Source of the DNA: Firmicutes bacterium UBA1874
GTDB lineage: Bacteria > Bacillota > UBA1874
Length of the DNA: 38,903 nt
Assembly (NCBI GenBank): GCA_002352935.1
Contig: DDHO01000004.1
Coordinates: 7,714 to 46,616 of the forward strand
Direction of reading: 5' to 3'
Of the stretch, positions 37,064 through 38,903 are shown in pieces. The first letter of the stretch is position 1. Each line of letters starts with the position of its first letter. The notes beneath the pieces are model-generated. The model searched no databases and was not told the DNA's origin. It was given only the letters and a program-made list of their open reading frames with translations. Position numbers and translations under genes: made by a program.

Positions 37064-37090
37064 GCCCGGCAAGAGCCGGGCTTTTAATTT
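37064..37090 (+). terminator. Rho-independent terminator after the HIT gene
   Basis: gcccggc-aaga-gccgggc, a perfect 7-bp GC-rich stem, followed by TTTTAATTTTT. Confidence 0.8.
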
Positions 37091-37262
37091 TTATTAGTTA
37101 AAAGTACAGTATGAAGTTATGGAAAGAGATGTATCTTAAACCGGTCGTACTGAAAGCTTTGCTTCCTGCATAAGTTTTATACAGAAGTAGGAAAAGCCGT
37201 GCCCCGGTTTTTTTGTTCTTTTTTAATATTAATGTACTGTTGTAATAGAGGGTGGAGGGAAA

Positions 37263-37559
37263 GTGTTAAAAGGCTTAAATAAAAAGCGGGTCAAAAAGAT
37301 AATGGGGTGCTCTCTTACTGAAATTTTTGACCTTCCACACGAGGTTGTTATGAACCTTCCCAAAATTACTATTATTGGCAACTTAATTTTGGAAATTGAA
37401 AATCACCGGGGAATTATTGAATACTGTCCTGAAAAAATTCGTGTAGGCGTTACAGGCGGAGAACTGGAAGTAAGGGGAGAGAACCTTATCCTTAGTAATA
37501 TTTTGCCGGATTTTATAAACATCAGGGGTACTATTAAGGATATTGAACTGTTGTGGTGA
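37263..37559 (+). CDS. yqfC: Sporulation protein YqfC
   Basis: About 98 aa, with DLPHEVVMNLPKITIIGNLILEIENHRGIIEY typical of the YqfC family. It is directly followed by yqfD. Confidence 0.8.
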   Translation: MLKGLNKKRVKKIMGCSLTEIFDLPHEVVMNLPKITIIGNLILEIENHRGIIEYCPEKIRVGVTGGELEVRGENLILSNILPDFINIRGTIKDIELLW

Positions 37560-37569
37560 GGAGGAACAA

Positions 37570-38832
37570 ATGCCTGGACAATACGGGAGTCACTTAAGAG
37601 GATATTTGCTATTAATAGTAGAGGGTAAAAGTATAGAAAAATTTCTCAATATGGCTTTTAACCGGGGCATTTACCTCTGGGACGTACGTAAACAATCTCC
37701 TAATACTGCAACTTTTAAAGCTTTTCCTTCTTCCTTTCGCTCTTTACGCCATGTAGCGCGTTTGGCGGGCTGTCGCGTGCGGATATGCGGAAAATATGGT
37801 CTTTTCTTCAAATTATTAAGGTTTAAAAAAAGAAAAACTTTTTTAATAGGAGCTTTGGTTTTTATTTTTGCTCTCTATTGTTTGTCCTCTATGGTTTGGT
37901 CTGTTGAAGTCAGGTGCTATGATGAGCTTAAACGTTTAGATAAAAAAGAAATATTAGCTGCTGCTCGGGAGCAAGGCATCAAGCCCGGTGCCTGGAAGGG
38001 GAACATTGACCAAAAAATTATTGAAAAGAACCTGGAAAAACAAATTCCGGAACTTGCCTGGGTAGGGATCGAGGTCAGGGGTACGCATGTGATTATAAAA
38101 ATTGTCGAAAAAAACGCAGTTCCCCGGGAAAATAATATTGAAGCAGGCAACCTGGTGGCAGATAAAGACGGTATAGTTGAAGAGATAATGGTTATGGAAG
38201 GGGAACCTCTTGTTGAGGAAGGGGACACGGTAAAAAAGGGAGATGTATTAATTTCAGGAATTGTGGGGCGTAAACCAGCGGAAGGTGAAGGGGAAGGAAC
38301 TAAGGGAGAACAGCCGCTCAGATTTGTGTGCGCAAGGGGTATAGTGAAAGCTCGCGTGTGGTACGAAGCCTACGGACGATGCTCCCGAAATTTAAATATT
38401 AAAAAGGAAACGGGGCGGGAACAATCAAAAATAATTGCATATATAGGAAATAAAAAAATACACGTTATGGGTCCCAGAAGGGTTCCTTTTAAAAATTATA
38501 AGATTGAGAAGGAAAAAACCATTCTCTTTAAAGAAAAAATTTTGAGTTATCCTGTGAGGTTTGCGACAGAAAAAGTAACTTATATAGAAACTCAAATTAT
38601 CAAACATCGCCTGAGCAAGGAGCGGGCAAGGGAGCTTGCCAGGGAAATTGCGCTGGCAAAAATGGAAAATTTGATACCTTCCGATGCTGTTGTGGTCTGG
38701 CGTCAGTGGGAAGAAAAAGCAGACGGGGAAGAAGTTGAAGTGAGGTTAATCGTTGAGACATCTGAAGAAATTGGAGAGCTGCATTCCTTTCAGAAATCAG
38801 ATTATATTCAAAAGATGCCGGATATAAATTAA
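37570..38832 (+). CDS. yqfD: Putative stage IV sporulation protein YqfD
   Basis: About 420 aa, with an N-terminus (LRGYLLLIVEGKSIEKFLNMAFNRGIYLWDV) and a central TM segment typical of YqfD. The ATG at 37570 has GAGGAGG upstream; the track's start at 37543 overlaps yqfC. Confidence 0.85.
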   Translation: MPGQYGSHLRGYLLLIVEGKSIEKFLNMAFNRGIYLWDVRKQSPNTATFKAFPSSFRSLRHVARLAGCRVRICGKYGLFFKLLRFKKRKTFLIGALVFIFALYCLSSMVWSVEVRCYDELKRLDKKEILAAAREQGIKPGAWKGNIDQKIIEKNLEKQIPELAWVGIEVRGTHVIIKIVEKNAVPRENNIEAGNLVADKDGIVEEIMVMEGEPLVEEGDTVKKGDVLISGIVGRKPAEGEGEGTKGEQPLRFVCARGIVKARVWYEAYGRCSRNLNIKKETGREQSKIIAYIGNKKIHVMGPRRVPFKNYKIEKEKTILFKEKILSYPVRFATEKVTYIETQIIKHRLSKERARELAREIALAKMENLIPSDAVVVWRQWEEKADGEEVEVRLIVETSEEIGELHSFQKSDYIQKMPDIN

Positions 38833-38848
38833 CATTTTTAATTAACAC

Positions 38849-38878
38849 AGAAGTTTTCTTTTATTCCGAAAAACTTCT
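38849..38878 (+). terminator. Hairpin downstream of yqfD with no clear T-run
   Basis: agaagtttt (38849-38857) pairs with aaaacttct (38870-38878), a 9-bp stem. The following sequence is not T-rich. Confidence 0.35.
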
Positions 38879-38903
38879 CCAGCTTAATATACTTTCAATC
38901 TTG

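Noticed and set aside
37111-37173. 20-codon ORF (MKLWKEMYLKPVVLKALLPA) between the HIT gene and yqfC
   Set aside because: It has no SD, and it overlaps the predicted stem structure. I treat the region as possibly RNA-level instead.
37224-37262. Sigma-E promoter for yqfC (TAATATT ... AATAGAGG)
   Set aside because: The -35-like element is acceptable, but there is no CATA-type -10 at the required spacing.

Overview
This 38.9-kb window is a chromosomal segment of an endospore-forming Firmicute, inferred from gene content and order. No database search was possible, so all functional calls come from motifs read by eye in the supplied translations. Almost every gene is on the + strand. The genes follow the classic Bacillus/Clostridium backbone comEA...comEC - holA - rpsT - spoIIP - lepA - hemW - hrcA-grpE-dnaK-dnaJ - rsmE - mtaB - HIT - yqfC-yqfD, preceded by leuS and a formate/nitrite-family (FNT) channel. 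A perfect CIRCE operator precedes hrcA. Six accessory insertions interrupt the backbone. (i) hyuA/hyuB (hydantoinase/oxoprolinase family) plus a two-gene SufC/SufBD-like pair lie between comEA and comEC. (ii) A class-V aminotransferase of the cysteine-desulfurase family lies between comEC and holA. (iii) A self-contained 61-aa Gln/Lys-rich micro-gene lies between holA and rpsT. (iv) A small holin-4/DUF360-like membrane protein sits where gpr normally lies. (v) After murJ comes a trehalose module: an NDP-sugar pyrophosphorylase, a fused trehalose-6-P synthase/phosphatase and a TreT-like synthase. It is flanked on both sides by 0.8-0.9 kb of ORF-poor, apparently decayed DNA that includes a 68-bp-period tandem duplication. 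(vi) An ADP-ribosylglycohydrolase is wedged between lepA and hemW. I recognised no rRNA, tRNA, CRISPR array, transposase or integrase, and no convincing defence or toxin-antitoxin system. The most unusual material is the trehalose island with its flanks, the orphan ADP-ribosylglycohydrolase inside a housekeeping operon, the hyu+suf insertion that splits the comE genes, and the Q-rich micro-gene.
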